38,864 nucleotides of DNA, taken from contig JAPLJX010000426.1 of assembly GCA_026388375.1 (NCBI GenBank), positions 1-38,864 of the forward strand. The letters run 5' to 3'. A program made the position numbers and the translations under genes. This stretch comes from Deltaproteobacteria bacterium. Its GTDB lineage: Bacteria; Desulfobacterota; Syntrophia; Syntrophales; UBA5619. The notes beneath the pieces were generated by a model. That model had not been told where the DNA came from, made no database searches, and worked only from the letters and a program-made list of their open reading frames with translations. This document shows, in pieces, positions 25,132 through 34,200 of this stretch (the first letter of the stretch is position 1; each line of letters starts with the position of its first letter).

Positions 25132-25338
25132 CTGGTTGTCATTCCTTAACAGCCTTAAAAAGGATCGGGATCAAAACATATCGCCGTCCATCAGCAGTGA
25201 TGCTTCAAACTGTATATTGTCAGGTAAGCACCCGTTGGAAGAACCCGTTTTTCTCCCGATCCCCGCGGGAGACAATAATCGCTTGACAAATAAAATGGTC
25301 CCTGTTCAGATTTTCTCTCCAACAGGGGGGTCGAAGAG

Positions 25339-26076
25339 ATGATCGGAAAGGAAGGGGAACCGAACAATCCGGGAGAGGTCGTTTTTCAGGTCCGGGATCT
25401 CACGAAAATATATGCGATGGGGGAGGTTGAGGTTCATGCGCTGCGGGGGGTGAATCTGGAACTCTACTCCGGCGAACTGGTCGTGCTTCTCGGACCTTCG
25501 GGAAGCGGGAAATCGACGTTGCTGAACATCCTCGGCGGCCTGGACACGGCCACTGGCGGCGATGTCACGTACCGGGGCAAAACCCTGACGAATGCCGATG
25601 AGCGGGAGCTGACCGAATATCGCCGTTTCCATGTCGGGTTTGTTTTTCAGTTTTACAACCTGATCCCCAGCCTTACCGCACGGGAGAACGTGGCGGTGGT
25701 GACGGAGATTGCACAAAATCCCATGACGCCGGAAGAGGCCTTGCAGCTTGTCGGATTAACCGAGCGCCTCGATCATTTTCCCGCCCAACTCTCCGGCGGC
25801 GAACAGCAGCGCGTGGCGATCGCCCGCGCCATTTCAAAAAATCCGGAAGTGCTTCTCTGCGACGAACCCACGGGAGCCCTCGATTCCAAAACGGGGATCG
25901 TGGTGCTCGAAGCGCTGGATAGGATCAATCGCGAGCTCGGTACGGCAACGGCGATCATCACCCACAACGCGGACATCGCCGGAATGGCCGACCGCGTCAT
26001 TCACCTCAGCAACGGCAGAATTACGGACATCAAGGCAAACGCGGTGAAGAAATCACCGGGCGAACTTCAATGGTGA
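25339..26076 (+). CDS. ABC transporter ATP-binding protein (MacB/LolD-like)
   Basis: Walker [11 protein letters not shown]-loop, signature [14 protein letters not shown], Walker [13 protein letters not shown]-loop ITHN. Confidence 0.9.
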   Translation: MIGKEGEPNNPGEVVFQVRDLTKIYAMGEVEVHALRGVNLELYSGELVVLLGPSGSGKSTLLNILGGLDTATGGDVTYRGKTLTNADERELTEYRRFHVGFVFQFYNLIPSLTARENVAVVTEIAQNPMTPEEALQLVGLTERLDHFPAQLSGGEQQRVAIARAISKNPEVLLCDEPTGALDSKTGIVVLEALDRINRELGTATAIITHNADIAGMADRVIHLSNGRITDIKANAVKKSPGELQW

Positions 26077-26080
26077 GTTC

Positions 26081-28444
26081 ATGAAGGCCCTCAACCGAAA
26101 ACTCTGGCGGGATCTGTGGCGCATGAAAGGCCAGGTCTTTGCCATTACGCTGGTCGTGGTCAGCGGGGTGGCGACCTTCATCATGTTCATCAGCACCATG
26201 GATTCCATTTCTCTCACCCGAAACCGATTTTACCGGGATTATCATTTTGCCGATGTGTTTGTGAACTTGAAGCGGGCGCCGGAAAGCCTGAAGGAGAAGA
26301 TTCAAAATGTTCCCGGCGTCCATCAGGTCGAGACGCGCGTTTCCGCCTATGTCAAACTGGACATCAAAGGCTTTCCTGAGCCGGTGACCGCCAGGATCAT
26401 TTCCGTTCCCGATGACGGCAAGCCCCTTCTGAATCGACTCTATATCCGAAAAGGCAGGTTGGCCGACCCAGCGAAGGATAACGAGGTGGTGATCAATGAA
26501 AGCTTCGCCCAGGCACACGGCTTCGATCCGGGCGATCGATTTGCGGCAATCATCCATGGAAAATGGAAGGAGCTTACGATTACCGGCATTGCCCTTTCTC
26601 CGGAGTTTGTGCTGATCATGCGGCCGGAGGCGATGAGCCCGGATTTCAAGCACTATGGCATCCTCTGGATGGGTCGCAAGGCGCTGGGCAAATCGTATGA
26701 GATGGATGGGGCGTTTAACGATGTCGTACTGACCCTCTATCCGGAGGCCAACGTGAGCGACGTCCTCGCCGGGATCGACCATATCGTCGAGCGATACGGC
26801 GGGTTCGGCGCCTATGCCCGCAAGGACCAGATATCCCATCGTCTTCTGAATGAGGAGTTCCGGCAACTCCAGAGGAGCTCGGAAATATTTCCCACCATTT
26901 TCATCTGCGTGGCCGCCTTTCTGCTCAATGTGGTTATGAGCCGGACGATTAACACGCAGCGCGAGCAGATCGCCGCCCTGAAGGCCTTCGGCTACACGAA
27001 TCTCGATGTGGGCATCCATTACGCGAAGCTGGTGGTTCTGATCATATCCGCCGGTTTGGCCGGAGGAATCGCGGCGGGCGTCTGGTTTGGAAAAATGCTG
27101 GGCGGAATTTACATGGAGGTATACCGTTTCCCGCACCTGCTTTATACGTTGCATCCCGGCGTGATCGTCGCGGCGGTCCTCATCAGCATCGTCTCGGCCC
27201 TGGTCGGCACCCTGCACTCGCTGTGGAGGGCAGCCAAACAGCCGCCCGCCGAGGCGATGAGGCCCGAGCCCCCCGCGCAGTACAGGGTCACGCTGATTGA
27301 AAAGACGGGCATCGGCCGCTGGCTCTCGCAGCCATCACGGATTATCGCACGGAATGTGGAGCGGAAACCGGTGAGGACGTTTCTTTCCATCATCGGAATC
27401 GCCGTCGCCTGCGCGACGATGATCTCCAGCGGATTTTTCAAGGATGCCGTCGCTTTCATGGTGAATGTCCAATTTGTCCGTTCCCAGAAGGAGGACATGA
27501 AGGTCGCGTTCACCGAGCCGACCTCCCGCAGGGCGCTGTATGAGCTCAAGGAACTTCCGGGCGTCCATCATGCAGAGATCTTCCGAACGGTCCCGGCAAG
27601 ATTCAAATTCGGCAACCGCAGTTACAAGACGGCGATCAACGGGATAGAACCGGAGAGCCGTTTGCACCTTTTGCTGGATACCGATCTCAACGCGATATCT
27701 CTGCCGTCTTCCGGTATCGTGCTGAACGATTACCTGGGAAAATTTCTCGGCGTCCAGGCCGGCGACCTGTTGATGGTCGAGGCTCTCGAAGGATCGAAGC
27801 CGGTCCGTCAGGTGCCGGTCGTTGCGTTGGTCAAGCTCTATCTGGGGGTGATGGGGTACATGGATGTAACGGCGCTCAACCGTTTGATGGGGGAGGGTGA
27901 TGCCATCTCGGGCGCTTATCTGGTGACCGATCCGCTGTACAGCGGGAAGCTCTATCGGAATTTTATCAACATGCCCCGGGTTTCCGGAACCGTGCTGCGA
28001 CGAAACGAAATCCGCAATTTTCACGATGTGCAGGCCAAGGGGATGCTCTTTTTCACATTCATCGCCACCCTGATGGCCTGCTCCATCGCGTTCGGTGTCG
28101 TCTACAACAGCGCAAGAATCGCGTTGTCGGAACGAAGCCGGGAGCTCTCCAGCCTTCGGGTGCTCGGTTACACGCGAGGTGAAATTTCCTACATTCTTCT
28201 GGGCGAACTGGGACTCATCACGCTGATCGCCATTCCGTTGGGCTTTTTGATCGGATACTGGCTCTGCGCCTACATTGCGCAGGCGCTGGCATCCGATCTT
28301 TTCCGGGTGCCGCTGGTGATCGAGACAAAGACCTACGCACTCGCGGCATCGGTCGTTCTTGCGTCGGCCGCCGTATCCGGGCTGATTGTGCGCCATAAAC
28401 TGGATCATCTTGATCTTGTAGAGGTATTAAAAACCAGGGAGTAG
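26081..28444 (+). CDS. ABC transporter permease with two FtsX-type domains
   Basis: The 787 aa product has an N-terminal TM plus large extracytoplasmic domain followed by TM clusters, and this arrangement occurs twice. It sits 4 nt after the ATPase gene. Confidence 0.82.
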   Translation: MKALNRKLWRDLWRMKGQVFAITLVVVSGVATFIMFISTMDSISLTRNRFYRDYHFADVFVNLKRAPESLKEKIQNVPGVHQVETRVSAYVKLDIKGFPEPVTARIISVPDDGKPLLNRLYIRKGRLADPAKDNEVVINESFAQAHGFDPGDRFAAIIHGKWKELTITGIALSPEFVLIMRPEAMSPDFKHYGILWMGRKALGKSYEMDGAFNDVVLTLYPEANVSDVLAGIDHIVERYGGFGAYARKDQISHRLLNEEFRQLQRSSEIFPTIFICVAAFLLNVVMSRTINTQREQIAALKAFGYTNLDVGIHYAKLVVLIISAGLAGGIAAGVWFGKMLGGIYMEVYRFPHLLYTLHPGVIVAAVLISIVSALVGTLHSLWRAAKQPPAEAMRPEPPAQYRVTLIEKTGIGRWLSQPSRIIARNVERKPVRTFLSIIGIAVACATMISSGFFKDAVAFMVNVQFVRSQKEDMKVAFTEPTSRRALYELKELPGVHHAEIFRTVPARFKFGNRSYKTAINGIEPESRLHLLLDTDLNAISLPSSGIVLNDYLGKFLGVQAGDLLMVEALEGSKPVRQVPVVALVKLYLGVMGYMDVTALNRLMGEGDAISGAYLVTDPLYSGKLYRNFINMPRVSGTVLRRNEIRNFHDVQAKGMLFFTFIATLMACSIAFGVVYNSARIALSERSRELSSLRVLGYTRGEISYILLGELGLITLIAIPLGFLIGYWLCAYIAQALASDLFRVPLVIETKTYALAASVVLASAAVSGLIVRHKLDHLDLVEVLKTRE

Positions 28445-28448
28445 ATTG

Positions 28449-29651
28449 ATGAAGACCGCAACGCGCAGGACACTGTTTGTCAGCGGAGTTATTTTGGTTG
28501 TTGTCGTGGCAACGATTTACGGTTTTCTCCCGAAAGCGGTGGAGGTCGATCTTGTTGCCGTCTCACGGGGCCCGCTCCAGGTCAGGATCGAAGAAGAGGG
28601 CCGTACCCGCCTGAAAGAACGGTTTGTCGTCTCGGCGCCGACTGCCGGGTATATGCGGCGGATCGACGCAAAGGTAGGAGATCCGGTGCGAAAGGGACAG
28701 ACCGTGGTAGCTCTGGAGCCGTTGCGATCGCAGCCCCTGGATCCGCGAAGCCGCGCGGAAGCCGAGGCGACCGCCTTCGCGGCGCAGGCCGGGCTTAATG
28801 CGGCGATCGAAAAGGAGCGTGCGGCGGCGGCCGATGCCGGCTACATGGAGAAACGATTGGAACGGATTGCGAATCTCTATTCGAAACGATATGTTGCGCA
28901 AGATCAATTCGATCAGACGGCGTCCGAGGCCAAAAAGGCGCGGGCGGTTCAACTTTCCGCCAAAGCCGCCGTTGATGTATCGCGCTCGGAGCTCGATCGG
29001 GCCAAAACCGTGCTGAAGCACTTTCCCCCCGGAGGGATAGCCGAAAAAGCCAATACCGTCTATGTTTCGTCTCCGGTCAGCGGCGCCGTGATCAAAATCT
29101 ATCGTGAAAGCGAGGGCGCCGTCAATGTTGGCGACCCCTTGCTGGAGATCGGCGACTCAAAAAATCTCGAAGTCCGCGTAGAGCTCCTCTCTTCCGATGC
29201 TGTCAAGATTAAAAAAGGAGGCGTGGTTTTGTTCAAACGCTGGGGGGGTGAGGGCACGTTAACGGGAATGGTGCGGATTGTCGAACCGGCCGGATTTACC
29301 AAGGTGTCGAGTCTGGGCGTGGAGGAGCAAAGGGTGCTGGTCATTGCGGAGTTCACCTCGCCCCCGGAAACATGGCGCCTCCTCGGTGACGGTTATCGCC
29401 TGGAGGCGCATTTTGTGGTCTGGGAAGGAAAGGACATTCTGCAAATCCCCGCCAGTGGTCTTTTCCGTTCGGGAGAGGAATGGGCCGTGTTTGTTGAGGA
29501 TAACGGAAAGGCGCGGCAGCGGACGCTTGAGGTTGGTCAGAGAAACGGTTTGACGGCAGAGATCATTTCCGGACTCAAGGAGAAGGAAAGGGTGGTTGCC
29601 CATCCCGATGATTCCATCAAGAACGGCACGTCCATCCGGCCGAGGAGATAA
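28449..29651 (+). CDS. HlyD-family periplasmic adaptor (membrane fusion protein)
   Basis: It has an N-terminal TM anchor, a lipoyl-like segment (GYMRRIDAKVGDPVRKGQTVVALEP), a coiled-coil middle and a beta-barrel C-terminus. The ATG at 28449 follows the TTG at 28446 used by the track. Confidence 0.82.
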   Translation: MKTATRRTLFVSGVILVVVVATIYGFLPKAVEVDLVAVSRGPLQVRIEEEGRTRLKERFVVSAPTAGYMRRIDAKVGDPVRKGQTVVALEPLRSQPLDPRSRAEAEATAFAAQAGLNAAIEKERAAAADAGYMEKRLERIANLYSKRYVAQDQFDQTASEAKKARAVQLSAKAAVDVSRSELDRAKTVLKHFPPGGIAEKANTVYVSSPVSGAVIKIYRESEGAVNVGDPLLEIGDSKNLEVRVELLSSDAVKIKKGGVVLFKRWGGEGTLTGMVRIVEPAGFTKVSSLGVEEQRVLVIAEFTSPPETWRLLGDGYRLEAHFVVWEGKDILQIPASGLFRSGEEWAVFVEDNGKARQRTLEVGQRNGLTAEIISGLKEKERVVAHPDDSIKNGTSIRPRR

Positions 29652-29681
29652 AGCGGGCGCTCAAAAAAGAATAGACAGGCG

Positions 29682-29709
29682 GGACCAATTGTATTATGGA
29701 CCAAATGTA
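29682..29709. repeat. Tandem direct repeat GGACCAATTGTA / GGACCAAATGTA, 16 bp start-to-start
   Basis: Read directly. 11 of 12 positions are identical. It lies 36-63 nt upstream of the aminotransferase ATG. Confidence 0.5.
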
Positions 29710-29744
29710 ATTTATTCCATCACCAGGAGTCATGCGAGGCCAGG

Positions 29745-31049
29745 ATGAGATTCGATATTGCCAAGAGCGGAAGCGGACTCGTTTACGAGATCCGTCATAT
29801 CGTGAATGTAGCCAACCAGTTGAAAAAGTCGGGCGTGGAGGTGGTCTGGGAGAACATCGGCGATCCCGTCCAGAAGGGGGAGAAGGTCCCCGAATGGATG
29901 CGGGAGGTCCTCGCCGACCTGCTGCGCGAAGATTGCACATATGGCTATTCCCCGACGAAGGGGGTGGATGCGACCCGTGAATTCCTCGCGGAAAAGCTCA
30001 ACCGCCGCGGCAAGGCGCAGATCACGCCTGAGGACATCATCTTCTTCAACGGCCTGGGCGACGCAATCGCCCGCGCCTACAGCGCGATCCGCCTCGACGT
30101 GCGGATCATCATGCCGGAGCCGACCTACTCCACGCACCTGCTCGCGGAGGTCCACCACGCCTCCTTCCCGCCGAATACCTACCGGATGAACCCCTACTGC
30201 GACTGGTCTCCGGACATCAACGAGCTGGAGCGGAAGGTGAAGAGCCACAAGGCGATCGTCGGCATCCTCGTCATCAACCCGGACAACCCCACCGGCTTCG
30301 TCTATCCCGAGGAGACGCTCGTACGGATCGTCGACATCGCCCGCCGCTACGACCTCTTTTTGATCTTTGACGAGACCTACCACAACATCGTCTTCAACGG
30401 GAAGAAGACGGTTCCGCTGTCGGACATCATCGGCGAGGTCCCGGGGATCTCCATGAAGGGGATCTCCAAGGAGTTCCCCTGGCCCGGTTCCCGCTGCGGC
30501 TGGATGGAGATCTACAACGCCGATAAGGACGAAACCTTTGCCCGTTACATCGATGCGATCCTGACCCAGAAAATGTCGGAGGTCTGCTCGACGACCCTTC
30601 CGCAGATGGCGATCCCCCGGATCATGACCCACCCGAAGTATCAGCCCTACCTGCAGGAGAGGCTTCGCCACTATGAAAAGCTCTCCAACATCGCCTACGG
30701 GATCCTCAAGGACCTCCCCTATGTGATGGTGAACCGGACCTGCGGCGCATTCTACATGACGGTGGTCTTTAACGAGGCGGTCCTCAACAACCGCCAGCGC
30801 CTGCCGATTCCGCAGGAGGATGTCCGGATCTACATTGAAAGCCTGGTTGCGGAACCGATCGAACCCGACAAGCGCTTCGTCTATTATCTCCTCGGCGCTA
30901 CCGGGATCTGCGTGATTCCGCTGACATCCTTCTTCACCGACCTACCCGGTTTCCGGATGACGCTGCTCGAACGGGACGAGGCGAAGTTTGAACATGTCGT
31001 CCGGACGCTCGGCGAGAAGATCGTCCAGTACGTCGAATCGACGCGTTGA
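29745..31049 (+). CDS. Class I/II PLP-dependent aminotransferase (alanine/aspartate aminotransferase-like)
   Basis: The PLP-lysine block is GISKEFPWPGSRCGWM (SxSK...G.R.GW). The product is 434 aa. Confidence 0.82.
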   Translation: MRFDIAKSGSGLVYEIRHIVNVANQLKKSGVEVVWENIGDPVQKGEKVPEWMREVLADLLREDCTYGYSPTKGVDATREFLAEKLNRRGKAQITPEDIIFFNGLGDAIARAYSAIRLDVRIIMPEPTYSTHLLAEVHHASFPPNTYRMNPYCDWSPDINELERKVKSHKAIVGILVINPDNPTGFVYPEETLVRIVDIARRYDLFLIFDETYHNIVFNGKKTVPLSDIIGEVPGISMKGISKEFPWPGSRCGWMEIYNADKDETFARYIDAILTQKMSEVCSTTLPQMAIPRIMTHPKYQPYLQERLRHYEKLSNIAYGILKDLPYVMVNRTCGAFYMTVVFNEAVLNNRQRLPIPQEDVRIYIESLVAEPIEPDKRFVYYLLGATGICVIPLTSFFTDLPGFRMTLLERDEAKFEHVVRTLGEKIVQYVESTR

Positions 31050-31175
31050 TCCCAAGGGGGAAAGGGATAATTTTATGCAATTTGTAAAAGCGTTTGACAT
31101 TTTGCATAGCAACCTTCCCCACGTTCAATTCATCGATCACTTATCCCTGCAAGGCCTTCCTGTTAGGGTAATTCT

Positions 31176-33467
31176 TTATTTCCGCTCGTAACGGCAGACC
31201 TGCAAAATCTCCTCAAGGTCCGTAATCCCCTGAAAAACCTTCTGGATGCCGTCCATGATCAGGGTTCTCATCCCATCCTTGATCGCCATGATCTTCAATT
31301 CATCCGCGGCGGCCTTGTGCCCAATGGCTTTCTTGATCTCTTCCGTACTAAGGAATAGCTCGTGGATGGCAACGCGTCCCTTGTAGCCGCTGCCGTTGCA
31401 GATGTCACAGCCAACCTTTTTCATCAGCCTGAGGTCCGGGGAATAGCTTTCTCCGCCATGTTGCTGGAACCATTGGGCATCGTAAATCCGCACAAGTTCA
31501 TCATAGGTCTCTTGATCGGGATGATACGGTTCCTTGCATTTTTCGCAAAGCCGCCGGGCGAGACGTTGCGCGAGAATCCCCAACAGGGCGTCTGCGAAAG
31601 TGAATGGGTCCATGCCCATCTCAATCAAGCGGACAACCGTCTCCGGCGCCGTGTTCGTATGAAGCGTACTGAGAACCAGGTGACCGGTGAGGCACGCTCC
31701 GATGGCTGTTTGTGCCGTTTCCGCGTCCCGCATTTCACCGATCATGATCACGTCAGGGTCGGAACGCAAGAAGGAACGAAGGACTTCAGGAAAGGTCACC
31801 CCGATTTTCGTATGCACCTGGACTTGTCTGAGCCCCGCCTGGGTAATTTCAACGGGATCCTCTACCGTCCATATCTTCACTTCCGGTGTATTGAGATATT
31901 TTAGCGCCGAATGGAGGGTCGTTGTTTTACCCGACCCGGTGGGGCCGACACAGAGAATGAAACCATTGGGTTGATCAAGGATGCTTTTTAATGCCTTGAG
32001 ATTGGGTTCCGAAAAGGCCATGTCTTTGAGGGGCAGTGGCATGGAGGCGGTCAGAATCCGCAAGACGGCGTCTTCATTGTCGCCGACGGTTGGCGTCACT
32101 TCCACCCGGTATTCAATTGGATTGTTCTGATACAGGATAATGATTTTACCGCTCTGGGGTTTTCGCCGCTCCGAAATGTCCAGGTTGGACATGATCTTGA
32201 GTCTCGAAATGATCGCCCTTTTGAACATTGTCGGAATCTGGTGGGCCACTTGGCAGACGCCGTCGATACGGTATCGTACCTGAAAGGGCTGTTCGCGCTG
32301 GCCGGGCTCAAGATGAATATCGGACGCCTTCTTCTCATAGCCGTCCATGAGGGTCTTGTTGACCAGCATCACAATCTGAGAATCCGTTTCGTTGATCCCG
32401 GATTCTTCCACTTCTTCCTCAACGGAAAGACGGTCGTCGGACAGGTCGCTGATGATTTCATCTAAGCGATATTCCCCCTTTGGATAGTACTTGAGAATCG
32501 CCCTGCTGATTTGAGCAGATGTCGCAACGACCAGTTCGATGCGACGTTTGATGTAGAATCGCAGCGAATCCGGAATGGAATAATCGGTCGGTTCCGAGGT
32601 TGCCACGACGACGCGCTTCCCGTCATCTTCCAGCGGCAGGAGCTGTAAACTATAGACGACGTCAGTGGGTAGGCAGGCCAGCGCCTCTTTTGTAGGGACC
32701 CTTGTGTCAAGATCGATAAAAGGCAGGCGGAACTTGACCGCCAGCGCCATGAGAAGCTGGTCTTCGGTAATCAACCCTTCCTCGATCAGCAGCCTTCCGA
32801 TTTTTTTCCTTTTGTCGACATCCTGATTCGACAGCGCCGCCTCCACCTGCTCCTTCGTCACCAGGCCGGCTTCGACCAGGATATCCCCCACCTTCATCCG
32901 GGGGGATACCTTTCCGCTCTTATGGGCATTTTCAATGGCATTCTCGATGGTCAGCCGGGGCAAATCATGCTGCTCGGAAATGATGTCTCCCAGTCGTTTC
33001 TCCTGCAATATCTTTTGTTGCTTGAGAACCTTATCAATGGAAAAAGGGGTTACCAGTCCCTTGTCCTCAAGAATCTTCCCGATCGGGCGTTCTTCCTGAC
33101 GAATCTTCACACCATGGGTCGTGAAAAAGATGAGTTTGTAGGGATGCGTCAGGTCCCGCGACAACCCATAAAAACCGGTTGGGAATTGCTGGTCCCTTAA
33201 AACGGCGACATGGTAGCGATTTCCCGTCACCGTGATGACTTCTTCCAATGTCTGCTCATGACCGGGAAACATCTTGGGGTGCGCCTTCGGTTTCATCATG
33301 ACACAGCACACTTTTGAAAAGTGGAACATATGCGTATTGCCGTTTCTTACCAATCTTACCCGGATCTCATTTTCAGCGGGCTCGAAGGGGCGGGCCAGAT
33401 CCGCTTCTTCTCTTCGTCCATCCATTAATTCTATAATAACATCGCATTCCATCGCAAGATCTCCCAT
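31176..33467 (-). CDS. GspE/PilB/MshE-family secretion ATPase with tandem MshEN-type N-terminal motifs
   Basis: Walker A GPTGSGKTT, Asp/His boxes, and a C-terminal tetracysteine (CEKCKEPY...CDICNGSGYKGR). The start is uncertain: ATG 33467 (MGDLAMECDV) or ATG 33452, which has GGGAGA 7 nt upstream. The track's 33674 start adds an implausible low-complexity extension. Confidence 0.8.
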   Translation of the reverse strand: MGDLAMECDVIIELMDGRREEADLARPFEPAENEIRVRLVRNGNTHMFHFSKVCCVMMKPKAHPKMFPGHEQTLEEVITVTGNRYHVAVLRDQQFPTGFYGLSRDLTHPYKLIFFTTHGVKIRQEERPIGKILEDKGLVTPFSIDKVLKQQKILQEKRLGDIISEQHDLPRLTIENAIENAHKSGKVSPRMKVGDILVEAGLVTKEQVEAALSNQDVDKRKKIGRLLIEEGLITEDQLLMALAVKFRLPFIDLDTRVPTKEALACLPTDVVYSLQLLPLEDDGKRVVVATSEPTDYSIPDSLRFYIKRRIELVVATSAQISRAILKYYPKGEYRLDEIISDLSDDRLSVEEEVEESGINETDSQIVMLVNKTLMDGYEKKASDIHLEPGQREQPFQVRYRIDGVCQVAHQIPTMFKRAIISRLKIMSNLDISERRKPQSGKIIILYQNNPIEYRVEVTPTVGDNEDAVLRILTASMPLPLKDMAFSEPNLKALKSILDQPNGFILCVGPTGSGKTTTLHSALKYLNTPEVKIWTVEDPVEITQAGLRQVQVHTKIGVTFPEVLRSFLRSDPDVIMIGEMRDAETAQTAIGACLTGHLVLSTLHTNTAPETVVRLIEMGMDPFTFADALLGILAQRLARRLCEKCKEPYHPDQETYDELVRIYDAQWFQQHGGESYSPDLRLMKKVGCDICNGSGYKGRVAIHELFLSTEEIKKAIGHKAAADELKIMAIKDGMRTLIMDGIQKVFQGITDLEEILQVCRYERK

Positions 33468-33724
33468 ATCTACATAAAGTTGGGGGGATACACTTCCAGC
33501 TTGATCACCAGACCATCCGGCCTGATTGTGACCAGGATTGCCTGGACCAGTGCGGCAATTCTCCGTTTCAAAGAAGACAGTTCCTGTTTCAGGACCTGCT
33601 TTGTCTTGGATTGATCCTTCATCGGGTTGCCCCCTGTGTGCTGAAATAACCTGTGGGGTTGAAAAGTTAACCAATGGCTGCCATGACCGGTTGATGGTTC
33701 TCAGTCATGACCACATGAACTTAT

Positions 33725-34162
33725 CTATTTAATAAGAAGCGCTAATTTTTTCATTATGTCAAGAGGCATAGTTGCTTTTATGCATATTTCCATCTCAAAT
33801 CTTGATCTCTGAGGCACAAAGGGAATTGTGTAGGAAGAAGCCATACGTAAGCGCATATACGGCGAGATATTCATTCTCTCAATTCCCTTCCCGTCAGTCT
33901 TAGGAACACATCTTCCAGCGTTGCCATCCTCATGATGCACCCCCCGTTCGTGGAGGAAAGCCGGCAGTCCCTCCGCCGGGTCCACAATCTCGATGACGTG
34001 GCGGCCGACGTGCCGGCGGACCTGTTCGGCCGGCTTCTCCTCGACCAGAAGGCGTCCCTGGTCCATGATGATCAGCCGATCGCAGCGGTCGGCGACGTGG
34101 TCCCGGTGCGACGCACGGTCAGGATAGACCGCGATTTCGGGACGGGCTATACTAATCGGCGA
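33725..34162 (-). pseudogene. 5'-truncated, decayed remnant of an ABC transporter ATPase (NodI/ABC-2-like C-terminal region)
   Basis: The frame is open from 34162 without a start. It translates to ...ASHRDHVADRCDRLIIMDQGRLLVEEKPAEQVRRHVGRHVIEIVDPAEGLPAFL, matching the H-loop-to-C-terminal pattern of NodI-type ATPases. Walker A, signature and Walker B are absent. The distal part (below about 33930) is AT-rich and doubtful. Confidence 0.5.
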
Positions 34163-34200
34163 TTATCGGGGATGGGAAATTTCAAAGTAGTCCCTAAGAT

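Noticed and set aside
25162-25262. A 9 bp inverted repeat, GGATCGGGA / TCCCGATCC, separated by 83 nt at the right edge of the defence island. I considered it as a possible island terminal repeat.
   Set aside because: Both arms lie on the same side of the island, and no matching copy was seen at the left flank (16057-16344). A 9 bp inverted repeat at about 100 nt spacing is expected by chance several times in 39 kb.
25124-25342. A 72-codon ORF (GTG start) ending in an ATGA overlap with the ABC ATPase gene, considered as a possible exported peptide substrate.
   Set aside because: The GTG start sits inside the hairpin at 25112-25131 and has no SD. The sequence is AT-rich and looks non-coding. 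A TTGACA box (25284-89) lies inside it. The overlap with the ATPase start can arise by chance.
33670-33730. Sigma-54-like TGGCAG-CCAT-TGGT on the minus strand, together with the repeated CATGACC upstream of the GspE-like gene.
   Set aside because: The spacing is two nt too short and the -12 element is TGGT rather than TTGC. It also lies upstream of the small ORF whose own status is uncertain.
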